Origin: Vicinamibacterales bacterium
GTDB taxonomy: Bacteria > Acidobacteriota > Vicinamibacteria > Vicinamibacterales > UBA8438
Reading direction: 5' to 3'
Length of the DNA stretch: 64,000 nt
Assembly (NCBI GenBank): GCA_965204175.1
Contig: OZ241978.1
Span: 4,282,728 to 4,346,727 of the forward strand
This document shows, in pieces, positions 45,796 through 54,713 of this stretch (positions are counted from its first letter, which is position 1; each line of letters opens with the position of its first letter). The position numbers were made by a program, and so were the translations under genes. Below the pieces are notes generated by a model. It was not told where the DNA came from. It worked only from the letters and a program-made list of their open reading frames with translations, and made no database searches.

Positions 45796-45897
45796 ACGGC
45801 CCCCCCGAATGACGTTCTCTAACGAGCACCTTACCCGCGCCCTCCAGAGACCGCCCGAGGGTCTGCGATCATCTTCGCAACACGCTGCCAACGCGAC

Positions 45898-46407
45898 TCA
45901 GCCATTGCTCTCGTATACCGCCAATTCCCTCTTCTCTCGTTCAGGATCAGGGTCATCCACGCCCTCGACCCGCTGCAGATCGTCGAGGTAGCCAACAGGT
46001 AGTCCCGCTTCCTCCGCGCCAACGAGCACATGCTTGACATACCAGGTGTACGGCTTCAGCGTGGGATCGATATACTCCTCACTGGCATAGTAGGTAAACG
46101 CCCGTACATGCTGCCCAGCAGCATCGGATACACCAACTTCCTTTTTCCGGTAGCCCTTGCCTTCAGCTTTATCCAGGCCTTTTTCTTCGTCCGCGTCGAT
46201 CTTGAAGAGCACGCCAACAACCCTGCAACCGCTGGAAGGCGCGATGTCACACTTCGTGGAACCATCCCGACTCTTCTTGCGGAACATCAACTGGTGGTCA
46301 TCCAGTGTGCCTACGCCGAGTCGCTTCGCAGACCGCACTCTGGCTTGCAGCCGCCGGGCGGACATGTTGGAACCGTACGCGAAGTGAATCCTTGGTGCCT
46401 CACCCAT
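45898..46407 (-). CDS. Gamma-glutamylcyclotransferase (GGCT/AIG2-like) family protein
   Basis: The N-terminal 'IHFAYGSNMSARRLQARV' matches the YGSL/YGSN motif, and length fits the family. GC is about 55%. An alternative TTG start lies at 46419. Confidence 0.65.
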   Translation of the reverse strand: MGEAPRIHFAYGSNMSARRLQARVRSAKRLGVGTLDDHQLMFRKKSRDGSTKCDIAPSSGCRVVGVLFKIDADEEKGLDKAEGKGYRKKEVGVSDAAGQHVRAFTYYASEEYIDPTLKPYTWYVKHVLVGAEEAGLPVGYLDDLQRVEGVDDPDPEREKRELAVYESNG

Positions 46408-46450
46408 TCGGCGTCCCAAAAAAGAACCTGCGCGACGATGCAGTCCGCGC

Positions 46451-47506
46451 CTACCGCGAGTCGAACCGCACCAGCTCGCGGTCGATCATGGCGATCGTCG
46501 GACGCCCGGAAGCGGCCATGTTGCGGGCCAGCTCGGTCTGCAGGATCTCGACCACGGTCTGCACGCCCTCTGCCCCGTAGGCCGCCAGACCCCACATGGG
46601 CGGGCGGGCCACCATGACGGCGGTGGCGCCGAGGGCGAGGCCCTTGAGGACGTCGGTGCCGCGGCGGAAGCTGCCGTCCACCAGAACCGGCGCGCGGCCG
46701 GCGACCGCGTCCGCCACCGCCGGCAACACGTCGATGGCCAGCGTGCCGGTACCGCGGTCGACGAGGCCGCCGTGGTTCGACACCACGAGCCCCTGCGCGC
46801 CGGCCGCCAGCGCGGTCTCGGCGGCGGCGACGCTCATGATGCCCTTGACGACGACCGGAACGTCCACCGCCTCGGCGAGCCCGGCGACCGCGTCCCAGTC
46901 CGTCGAGGTCGGCCGGTGATCGGAGGCCGACACCCCCACCGTGACGCACACCGCCCGGCAGCCGGCATCGACCGCGCGCGCCGCGTCAGCGCCCAAATCG
47001 CCGCTGTCGGCATAGAGCTGGTACCAGACCGGCTCGTCGCTCGCCGCGACGATCTGCTCGATCGGGTGGCTCGACTGCCGGGTCGCCACCATGACCGCCT
47101 TGCCGGCCGAGGCGCCGCGCGCGGTGGCCAGCTCGCCCTCGGGATGGATGTCCCCCTGGTTGCCGACCGGCCCGACGATGATCGGGGCGAACATGTCGTA
47201 CCCGTACAGGCTGGTGGTCAGGTCGAGGTCCATGGCGTAGACCATCAGCCGCTGCCGGAACGTCATCCTGTCGAAGGACGTGCGGTGGCCGCCGCCGATC
47301 GCCTCGAACCGCGCGGGTGCGAGCACGAGCCGTGCCTGCTCCTCGAACTCGGGAACGTTGACCAGCTCGAGCACCGGGGCTCGCCGTTCCGAGGGAGGTG
47401 CCCCGCCGCCGGGCTCGCCTTGTGCGAGCCGTTCCCCCTGGGCAAGGGGCGAGCCGGCCACGAACGCACGGAACTTCCGCAGAGACTCCCGCCTGTCGAC
47501 CTTCAT
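46451..47506 (-). CDS. FMN-dependent alpha-hydroxy-acid dehydrogenase/oxidase-like protein with a Tat-like leader; divergent copy
   Basis: The leader is 'DRRESLRKFRAFVAGSPLA'. 'VVVKGIM' and 'VVSNHGGLVDRG' are present, so Leu stands where the family has HGGR. The product is about 45 aa shorter than its neighbour. Confidence 0.7.
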   Translation of the reverse strand: MKVDRRESLRKFRAFVAGSPLAQGERLAQGEPGGGAPPSERRAPVLELVNVPEFEEQARLVLAPARFEAIGGGHRTSFDRMTFRQRLMVYAMDLDLTTSLYGYDMFAPIIVGPVGNQGDIHPEGELATARGASAGKAVMVATRQSSHPIEQIVAASDEPVWYQLYADSGDLGADAARAVDAGCRAVCVTVGVSASDHRPTSTDWDAVAGLAEAVDVPVVVKGIMSVAAAETALAAGAQGLVVSNHGGLVDRGTGTLAIDVLPAVADAVAGRAPVLVDGSFRRGTDVLKGLALGATAVMVARPPMWGLAAYGAEGVQTVVEILQTELARNMAASGRPTIAMIDRELVRFDSR

Positions 47507-47639
47507 CGCCGTGCGCCTTTCCTGTTCATGAACCGGCTCACCGGGCAACTCGCTGCAAGGCATCGCTGGATGCGTGGTGCAACGACCACCGCCGCGAGCG
47601 GGTAGATCCTTCCAGGTCCCCGATTCCCTTGGCCGGAGT

Positions 47640-48836
47640 CTACGGGAAGTTCGTCTTCACAATGCTGCGGTCGATCTTGCCGATCGAGCTCACGCCCGCC
47701 GCCGCCATCGCCTGCCGCAGCTCGGCGTTGAGGATCTCCAGCACCTTCTGGGCGCCCTCCTCGCCGAACGCGCCGAGCCCCCAGCGCGACGCGCGCCCGA
47801 AGCAGACCCCGTCGGCGCCCAGGGCCAGCGCCTTCAGCGCGTCGCTGCCGCGGCGGAAGCCGCTGTCGATGAGCACCGGCACCCGGCCGCCCACCGCCTC
47901 GACCACCTCTTCGAGCACCTCCAGGCTGGAGGGGCCGTAGTCGATGGCGCGCCCGCCGTGGTTGGAGACGATGATGCCGTCGCAGCCGTGCTCCAGGCAC
48001 TTCTTCGCGCCCTCGCCGGTCAGGATGCCCTTGGCGAGCATCGGCACCTCGCACATCGGCCGCAGGTCGTCGAACAGCTTCCACTCGTACCACAGGCGGC
48101 CGGCGTTGACCCGATACGGGTTCGGCGGGTTCGGCGGCGTGCGCCGCGTCACCCGGCGGGGGGTGCCGTCGAGGTGCCGGTCGTGCAGGTCGCGCTCGTA
48201 GTAGGAGGCCTGCTGGTCGATGGTGACGACGATGGTCTGCGAACCCACTTCCTGCGCATCGCCGAGCGCCACCCGGTTCGGCTCCATCTCGCGCGTGGCG
48301 TAGCGCTGGAACCAGAGCGGCCCTTCGGCCCCCGCCCGGGCGATTCTCGTGAACGGGAAGCTCGACGCGTTGCTGACGATCATCGTCGTCCCGGTGGTGG
48401 TCGCCGCCCGGTGCATCCCCAGCTCGCCGTCCGGGTGCAGGGTGCGCTGCCGGGCCGTCGGCGCGAGCATGATGGGGCTCGGCATGCGGTGCCCGAACAG
48501 CTCCGTCGACGTGTCGACGTCCTGCGCGTCGACCCCGCCCCGGTCGATGAGATCCACCCACTCGAAGGCATCGCGGTTGCGGTAGAGGGTGAACTCCGAC
48601 TCGGTGCCGTGCGCCGTGTAGTCGTAGACGGACAGCGGCACGTTGGCGCGGAAGATCGGCTCGAAGTCGAACACGTCGCGCATCTCGTCGAAGCCGAGGA
48701 AGCGGCGGTGCGGCCCGAGCGGCCACGGGTCGCGCTGCGCGTGCAGCAGCGGCGACGCGGCCAGGAACGACGCGAGCCCGCAGAGCGCCTCGCGGCGCGA
48801 CATGCCCGTACGCCAGCGTTTCTCGATCTTGCCCAC
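47640..48836 (-). CDS. FMN-dependent alpha-hydroxy-acid dehydrogenase/oxidase with a Tat signal
   Basis: The Tat-like leader is 'MSRREALCGLASFLAASPLLHA'. Family motifs 'MLAKGIL', 'IIVSNHGGRAIDYG' and 'DSGFRRGSD' are present. The start may be at 48803. Confidence 0.8.
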   Translation of the reverse strand: MGKIEKRWRTGMSRREALCGLASFLAASPLLHAQRDPWPLGPHRRFLGFDEMRDVFDFEPIFRANVPLSVYDYTAHGTESEFTLYRNRDAFEWVDLIDRGGVDAQDVDTSTELFGHRMPSPIMLAPTARQRTLHPDGELGMHRAATTTGTTMIVSNASSFPFTRIARAGAEGPLWFQRYATREMEPNRVALGDAQEVGSQTIVVTIDQQASYYERDLHDRHLDGTPRRVTRRTPPNPPNPYRVNAGRLWYEWKLFDDLRPMCEVPMLAKGILTGEGAKKCLEHGCDGIIVSNHGGRAIDYGPSSLEVLEEVVEAVGGRVPVLIDSGFRRGSDALKALALGADGVCFGRASRWGLGAFGEEGAQKVLEILNAELRQAMAAAGVSSIGKIDRSIVKTNFP

Positions 48837-48987
48837 GATGGCCTCCTGTAACAGAGCGGAACGGCTCCAATCACGCGGCTCGATCCCCGCGGATTCCGGA
48901 GTGTATCAGCATACGCGGAGCACGCCTGAATCCGTGGACCGGGCCGGGGGAATTCGGGCTTACAATGGCTGGGAGAGGAGAGCCCTC

Positions 48988-49248
48988 ATGCTTCCGGAAG
49001 ACGTTGATCCGCTCGCTGCCGAGATCGCGGCGTTCGAGAGACTGCGGCCCACGCTCGAGCCATCCTGTAGCGGCCAGTGGGTCGTGTTCCACGACGGAAG
49101 GCACGTCGGAACGTACGGGTCGTTCGAAGACGCCGCCGACGCCAGTGTTCGACAGTTCGGGCGCGGCCCCTACTTGATCCGCGAGGTCGGCAGCAGCCAA
49201 GTGACCTCGCTTCCGGCGTCACTCTGGGAAGAGCCGAATGGCTCGTGA
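48988..49248 (+). CDS. Small protein (86 aa) paired with the retropepsin-like protease
   Basis: GGGAGAGGAG lies upstream. 'GQWVVFHDGRHVGTYGSFEDAADASVRQFGRGPYLIREVG' is present. The 3' end overlaps the protease ATG by 11 nt. Confidence 0.6.
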   Translation: MLPEDVDPLAAEIAAFERLRPTLEPSCSGQWVVFHDGRHVGTYGSFEDAADASVRQFGRGPYLIREVGSSQVTSLPASLWEEPNGS

Positions 49249-49747
49249 TCCCGCGAAGGCCAAAGCGAGCCTTGTCGAGCGGGGACCGATCGTTCAAGTC
49301 CGGATCGGATTCGATCCGGAGTACAGGCGCGGCAAGCGTCCGCGTCTCGGTGAGGAGAGATTCGGCGCCCTGATCGATACCGGCGCCGATCAGAGCTTTG
49401 TCGACCCGGCCGTGGCCGATCGCATTCTGATGCCGCAGGTCGACTGGACGGTCTTGCGATCCACGGATGGAACCCGTCGGGCGCGCGTGCACCTTGCGCA
49501 AGTCTACATCGATCTTCCCGAGCTGACCCTCTATGGCCGGTTCGCCCAGTACCCGGTCAGCCGGAACCTTCCGTTCGACATCATCCTGGGACGCAGCTTC
49601 CTGCAACACGCCGTCATGCAATACGACGGACCGAACGGAACCGTCACGCTCGCCTTCGGCGACGACCTGGAGTGGACACTTCTCCCCGACGGGGGAATGT
49701 TCTCGATGAGATTCGGAGGCAAGGGACCGACCGACCTCACCGTGTAG
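49238..49747 (+). CDS. Retropepsin-like (clan AA) aspartic protease
   Basis: The active-site motif 'ALIDTGADQSFV' (D-T-G-A) and a later 'DIILGRSFL' are present. Confidence 0.7.
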   Translation: MARDPAKAKASLVERGPIVQVRIGFDPEYRRGKRPRLGEERFGALIDTGADQSFVDPAVADRILMPQVDWTVLRSTDGTRRARVHLAQVYIDLPELTLYGRFAQYPVSRNLPFDIILGRSFLQHAVMQYDGPNGTVTLAFGDDLEWTLLPDGGMFSMRFGGKGPTDLTV

Positions 49748-49803
49748 TCGTCACAGGATTCCGGTCCGGCTCATGATTCTCCGCCTACTCGGTACGGATA
49801 ACC

Positions 49804-50457
49804 TCACCCACCCGCCGCAGCAGCGACTTTCTCGAATCTCCGAAGTCCTTCCTCGGTAATCATCGGGTCTTGTGTGTAGTGGCTATTCCATAGTGCAGCG
49901 CTCTTGATGCGCTTCGAATATGCGTGGCGTCCAAGCCACGTCCGGCTGGCGATACACACGGAACACTGAGCTATTGTCGCGATCAGGCCCCCCTCAAAAA
50001 GACTCCGGTCGTTCTGGTCATCGATTCGCACACATGCGAAGGACATGTTCCTCTCGATGTACTCGGTAACCGTTCGCTCAACAGGTTCGCACTCTGGACA
50101 CTTGCTGTAGTCCTGACGTTCCCAATGGCCTTGTCCACTACCCGGCGTGGGCACAAGGCACGTCGAGCCGGGATCCCGCCGGCGAATGAACGCACCTCCC
50201 AGGTGCTTGCGAAACACGCTGCTGTTCTTCTCAGCGCCGAAGTGCTGGGACAGGCGCGTATTCAGCCGGCCGTTCTCCTTGTTCTTCCCGACCCGCACGA
50301 TTCGCCCATTGGGACCATGCGGGCTGTTCTCGCCTTGTTCGAAGACGAAGTACAACCCGTTGTCGAACGGCACACGGAAATCTGATCCAGCGTATTGCGG
50401 CAACCGTTCGACGGCCGCGTGGATGCGCTTGCATGCCTCCGACACGTCGAGACTCAC
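49804..50457 (-). CDS. GIY-YIG nuclease-family protein
   Basis: A GTG start has GGGGAGGGGG upstream. 'NGLYFVFEQGE...RIVRVGKNKENGRLNTRLSQHF...SVFRKHLG' fits the family. The segment has lower GC. Confidence 0.55.
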   Translation of the reverse strand: MSLDVSEACKRIHAAVERLPQYAGSDFRVPFDNGLYFVFEQGENSPHGPNGRIVRVGKNKENGRLNTRLSQHFGAEKNSSVFRKHLGGAFIRRRDPGSTCLVPTPGSGQGHWERQDYSKCPECEPVERTVTEYIERNMSFACVRIDDQNDRSLFEGGLIATIAQCSVCIASRTWLGRHAYSKRIKSAALWNSHYTQDPMITEEGLRRFEKVAAAAGG

Positions 50458-50508
50458 CCTACCCCCTCCCCCGGATCACATCTCAACAATACCTGTCGCG
50501 ATCGACGC

Positions 50509-51855
50509 TCAGATCAACCCGACGACCCAGAGCGCGTACACCACCATCATCGCGGTCACACCGTTCACCAGGGTGACCCCGCCGTAGGAGAGCAGCGCCG
50601 ACTTGAGCGGCATGCGCGACAGCGAGGTGCACACCCAGAAGTAGCTGGAGTTCACATACTTGATGATCATCGAGCCGGCGGCCCCGGCCAGCATGGTCGC
50701 CTCCGGGCTGAGTCCGAGGGTGTCCATCATCGGGGCGGCCACCGATGCGGCGGTGATCACGCCGACCGTCGTCGAGCCGGTGATCAGGTTGCCGGCTATG
50801 CCGAGCACGAACGGCAGGAAGATGGGGGCCAGTCCGGTCGCGGCCACCGCCTCGGCGATGGCGTCCACCGCCGGCGTGGCGCGCAGGATCTGGCTGAGCG
50901 AGCCGCCGAGCCCGGTCACCATGATGATCATGGCGGAGCCCCGCAACGCCTCTTCGATCCAGGTGCTGGTCCGGGCCCCGGCCTGGTCGGGCTTCGTGTT
51001 GCTGTAGGCGATGAGAATGCCGATGCCGAGCGCCACCACCGGCCAGCCCAGGTAGAGCATGGCCCGGTTGACGAGGTGCTCGGCCGGCAGGGCGAACGCG
51101 GTCACGCTCTGCCCCGCGATGAGCGCCAGGGGAATGAGAATCGGCGCGTAGGCGCGCCAGGTGGCCGGCAGCTCCGCTTCGCGCCCCTGCTCGATGAACG
51201 ACTGGCCGACGAACTCGTCGGACGGCGGCGACTCGATGTACGGCCCGGCCGCGCGCGCGTACACCCAGCCGGCGAGCGAGGCGATCAGGGTGGCGATGCC
51301 GCCGTACAGGATCACGCTCCCGATGTCGGCCCCCACCAGCGCCACCGCGGCGAGCGGACCGGGCGTCGGCGGCACCATGGCGTGCGTGAGCTGCATCGCG
51401 CCGACCAGCCCGGTCGCCATCACGCTCATGTTCAGGCCGCTGCTGATCGCGGCCGAATGCACCAGCGGATTGAGGATGACGTAGCCGACGTCGGAGAAGA
51501 TGGCCAGCCCGATGACGAAGCCGCTCAGGGTCAGGGCCAGCGGCATGCGTGACTGGCCGACCCAGCGGATCATCGACGCCGTGATCCGCTCGATGCCGCC
51601 GGTGTGCTTCAGCGCCTCGGCCAGCACCGAACCGAGGACGATGACCACCGCGATGCTCTGGATCGTGCGCCCGAAGCCCTGCTCGAAGGCGTCTATGAAC
51701 GTCTGCCGGTCGATGCCGGGAATCAGCGCGAACAGCACGATGGGCACGAGCAGCGACAGGAAGACGTGCCACTTGAAGCGGGTGATGAGCAGGAAGAGGA
51801 GGGCGACGATGGCCACCAGGCCGGCCAGGGCGACGAGCGCGCTCTCGGTGATCAT
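50509..51855 (-). CDS. GntP-family (gluconate/H+ symporter-like) permease
   Basis: GGAGGAGG lies upstream of the ATG at 51855. The product is polytopic and hydrophobic, with GntP-like 'FSDVGYVILNPL' and 'MVPPTPGPLAA'. Confidence 0.8.
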   Translation of the reverse strand: MITESALVALAGLVAIVALLFLLITRFKWHVFLSLLVPIVLFALIPGIDRQTFIDAFEQGFGRTIQSIAVVIVLGSVLAEALKHTGGIERITASMIRWVGQSRMPLALTLSGFVIGLAIFSDVGYVILNPLVHSAAISSGLNMSVMATGLVGAMQLTHAMVPPTPGPLAAVALVGADIGSVILYGGIATLIASLAGWVYARAAGPYIESPPSDEFVGQSFIEQGREAELPATWRAYAPILIPLALIAGQSVTAFALPAEHLVNRAMLYLGWPVVALGIGILIAYSNTKPDQAGARTSTWIEEALRGSAMIIMVTGLGGSLSQILRATPAVDAIAEAVAATGLAPIFLPFVLGIAGNLITGSTTVGVITAASVAAPMMDTLGLSPEATMLAGAAGSMIIKYVNSSYFWVCTSLSRMPLKSALLSYGGVTLVNGVTAMMVVYALWVVGLI

Positions 51856-51898
51856 CGGGCTGCCTCCTCCAATTCCTCGCACGATGAGCCCGATGGCT

Positions 51899-52144
51899 TC
51901 AACGTCGAACTCTTTCGAGGGTGGCGCGAACGAGCTCATCCGTCAGCACGGGAAGCTCGTGCTCCGGAACGGCCACCAGATGGCCCTCCCGTTTCTCCAG
52001 CCGCATCGGCGTAGCGGCCGGCTCGATCTCGACGGCGCCGTCCCGTTCCCGAATCTCGATCTTCTGCCCGCCGGTCAGGCCCAGGCTGTCGCGAATCGAC
52101 TTGGGGATTGCGACGCGCCCGGAAGCGTCGATGGTGCTCTGCAT
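51899..52144 (-). CDS. AbrB/MazE/SpoVT-family antitoxin-like protein (orphan)
   Basis: 'IDASGRVAIPKSIRDSLGLTGGQKIEI' is a SpoVT-AbrB swapped-hairpin motif. No PIN or MazF gene lies downstream; the next gene is the permease. Confidence 0.7.
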   Translation of the reverse strand: MQSTIDASGRVAIPKSIRDSLGLTGGQKIEIRERDGAVEIEPAATPMRLEKREGHLVAVPEHELPVLTDELVRATLERVRR

Positions 52145-52249
52145 GGCAGAAGACTACCATCGACGCGACGCCCCGGCGCGGTTGCAGACGGGTTCCCGAC
52201 GAAGTACTGTAAGTGACTCGCGCGGCAGGTTCTGAGGAGGAGTTCAGCG

Positions 52250-53659
52250 ATGAAGGCTCAGCACGTTCTCGGGTTCGCGCTCGTCGGTCTGGTCGGTCTC
52301 ACGGCGCCGCTCGCGGCGAGCGCCCAGTCGGGTGACGCCGCGGAGGTGACCTACGCGAAGGACATCGCGCCGATCCTCCAGCGAAGCTGCCAGCAGTGCC
52401 ACCGGCCGGCGTCGGTCGCGCCGATGTCGCTGCTCACCTACGAGCAGGTCCGGCCCTGGGCGCGCGCCATCAAGCTGCGGACCGGCCTGCGCAGCCAGCG
52501 CGGCGCCATGCCGCCGTGGTTCGTCGAGCGCGATCTGGGCATCCAGCACTTCAAGGACGATCCGTCGCTGAGCGAGGAGGAGATCGAGAAGATCGCGATC
52601 TGGGCCGACAACGGCGCCCCGCTCGGCAACCGCGCCGACCTGCCGCCGCCCATCGACTTCGGCGACGCGAACGAGTGGGCGATCGGCGAGCCCGACCTGA
52701 TCCTCGAATCGCCGATGGTGACCGTGCCCGCCGCCGCGCCCGACAAGTGGACCTCGCTCGGCACGATTCCGACCGGGCTGGCCGAGGACCGCTACGTGGC
52801 CGCGGTCGAGGTGAAGGAGTTCAACGACATACCGCCCGACGCCACCGGCGACACCGTGGGCGGCCGCTACGTGTTCCACCACATGACCTACGGCGCCGTG
52901 ATGCCCGAGGGCGCGGACGTCGAGTCGGCGACGCGGTTCCCGGTCCACGAGGTCGGACGCAACGCGGACATCTTTCCGGAAGTGGCCGGCCGGCTCCTCC
53001 CCGCGGGCTCCCACCTGGAGCTCGAGACGGCGCACCTGCACTCGAACGGCCGCGAGACGCGCGCGCACCTGAAGTTCGCGTTCAAGCTGCACCCGAAGGG
53101 CTACGAACCGGAGATCTCGCACTCGCGGACGTTCGTCGGCAACGGCGTCGACATCGACATCAAGCCGAACCAGGCGGACCAGGAGCTGCACGCCTACCGG
53201 GTGCTCGACAAGCACACCAAGGTCCTGTCGTTCGAGCCGCACCAGCACGCTCCCGGCATGCGCATGTGCGTGGAGGCGATCTGGGGCCACAACATCGAGA
53301 CGCTGAACTGCGTCGGCTACGACCACAACTGGGTCAAGCAGTACATCTACCAGGACGACTACGCGCCGCTGCTCCCGAAGGGGACCATCCTCCACATCAT
53401 CGGCTGGCTGGACACCACCGCGGCCAACCGCAACGTCGCCGACCCGCGCAACTGGTCGGGCGGCGGGCGCCGGTCGGTCGCCAACATGTTCATCGACCTC
53501 GGCGAGGCGCTGGAGCTGACCGACGAGCAGTTCGAGGCGGAGATGGCCGCGCGCCGCGAGCGGCTGGGCCTGACGCCGAACGACCACGTGATCGGCTGCC
53601 CGCTGTGCCTGGTGGAGTTCCCGTCGCAGGTCGACGCGGCGGACGACAACGACCAGTAA
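52250..53659 (+). CDS. Secreted protein with a CxxCH haem-binding motif and a PHM/DBH-like copper-monooxygenase-like ligand pattern
   Basis: GAGGAGG lies upstream, and the product has a signal peptide. The haem motif is in 'AKDIAPILQRSCQQCHRP'. Candidate Cu ligands appear in PHM order: 'FHHM', 'VHEV', 'AHLHS', 'HQHAPGMRM'. The function is inferred. Confidence 0.6.
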   Translation: MKAQHVLGFALVGLVGLTAPLAASAQSGDAAEVTYAKDIAPILQRSCQQCHRPASVAPMSLLTYEQVRPWARAIKLRTGLRSQRGAMPPWFVERDLGIQHFKDDPSLSEEEIEKIAIWADNGAPLGNRADLPPPIDFGDANEWAIGEPDLILESPMVTVPAAAPDKWTSLGTIPTGLAEDRYVAAVEVKEFNDIPPDATGDTVGGRYVFHHMTYGAVMPEGADVESATRFPVHEVGRNADIFPEVAGRLLPAGSHLELETAHLHSNGRETRAHLKFAFKLHPKGYEPEISHSRTFVGNGVDIDIKPNQADQELHAYRVLDKHTKVLSFEPHQHAPGMRMCVEAIWGHNIETLNCVGYDHNWVKQYIYQDDYAPLLPKGTILHIIGWLDTTAANRNVADPRNWSGGGRRSVANMFIDLGEALELTDEQFEAEMAARRERLGLTPNDHVIGCPLCLVEFPSQVDAADDNDQ

Positions 53660-53678
53660 TCGTGCGGAGGTCGGAGCG

Positions 53679-54608
53679 ATGTTGACGCAGTGGTACCGCT
53701 GGGGAGCGGCGGCGCTCTCCCTCCTGCTCGTCCTGGCGCAGTCGCAGGCCGGCGCCCAGACCCGGTTCACCTACTCGCGGGGGCAGAGCGTCTCGCCCGC
53801 CTACGAGGGGTGGTGGCAGAACGACGACGGCTCCTACACGATGTTCTTCGGCTACATGAACTCGAACTGGGAAGAGGAGCTCGACGTGCCGATCGGGCCC
53901 GACAACCACATCGAGCCCGGCGGCCCGGACCGCGGGCAACCCACGCATTTCTACCCGCGGCGCAACCTGTTCCTGTTCACGGTGGTGGTGCCGCCCGACT
54001 TCGGCGAGCAGGAAGTGATCTGGACGCTGACCACCAACGGCCGGACGGAGCGCGCCTACGGCACGCTGCGCACCGACTACCTGCTCGACCGGCAGACCAT
54101 CGCCACCGAGATGGGCGCGAACTTCGGCCGCGTGCGGGACGAGTGGCGCGACAACGAGTTCCCGACCCTGAGCCTCGCCGTCGACCAGCCGCGCCGCGTT
54201 CGCGCCGGCGAGCCGTTGCGCCTGGTGGCGTTCGTGAGCGACGACGGGCTGCCGTCCGGCAACTACGAGCCGCCGCCGGTCGAGCCCGGAAAGCCGCACC
54301 CGGCCTACACGCCGCCCCGGCAGATCGTGCCCGGCAACCCGCCCGGCCTACGGTTCGCGTGGATGGTCTACCGCGGCGACGCCTCGCAGGTCACGTTCGG
54401 GCCGCACCAGTTGAAGACGTGGCAGGACACGCGCGTCTACTCGAACTCGCCGTGGTCGCCGCCCTACATCCTGCCGCCGGTGCCGCCGGACGGGCGCTGG
54501 GAGGTGAACGCGACGTTCGACGAGCCGGGCACCTACGTGCTGCGCGCCGTCGCCGGCGACAGCGCGTTGCAGACCGGCGAGAACCTGACGGTCACCGTGA
54601 CGCGCTGA
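53679..54608 (+). CDS. Secreted protein of unknown function
   Basis: The start lies 19 nt after the previous stop. The product has a signal peptide ('LLLVLAQSQAGAQ'), is Trp/Tyr-rich and is not low-complexity. Confidence 0.65.
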   Translation: MLTQWYRWGAAALSLLLVLAQSQAGAQTRFTYSRGQSVSPAYEGWWQNDDGSYTMFFGYMNSNWEEELDVPIGPDNHIEPGGPDRGQPTHFYPRRNLFLFTVVVPPDFGEQEVIWTLTTNGRTERAYGTLRTDYLLDRQTIATEMGANFGRVRDEWRDNEFPTLSLAVDQPRRVRAGEPLRLVAFVSDDGLPSGNYEPPPVEPGKPHPAYTPPRQIVPGNPPGLRFAWMVYRGDASQVTFGPHQLKTWQDTRVYSNSPWSPPYILPPVPPDGRWEVNATFDEPGTYVLRAVAGDSALQTGENLTVTVTR

Positions 54609-54713
54609 GGGCCGGGCGGGAGGTGCCGGCGCCGCGCACCACGATCGCCGGCGCCGCCTGGACCGGGGACGTCGGAATCGTTCGTCGCAGCGTCGGACAA
54701 CCAGGAGAGACCG

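Noticed and set aside
48935-48966. TACAAT boxes upstream of the small-protein/protease pair (48961) and of mazE (63002), considered as promoters.
   Set aside because: No acceptable -35 element lies at 16-19 nt spacing in either case, so the support is too weak to annotate.
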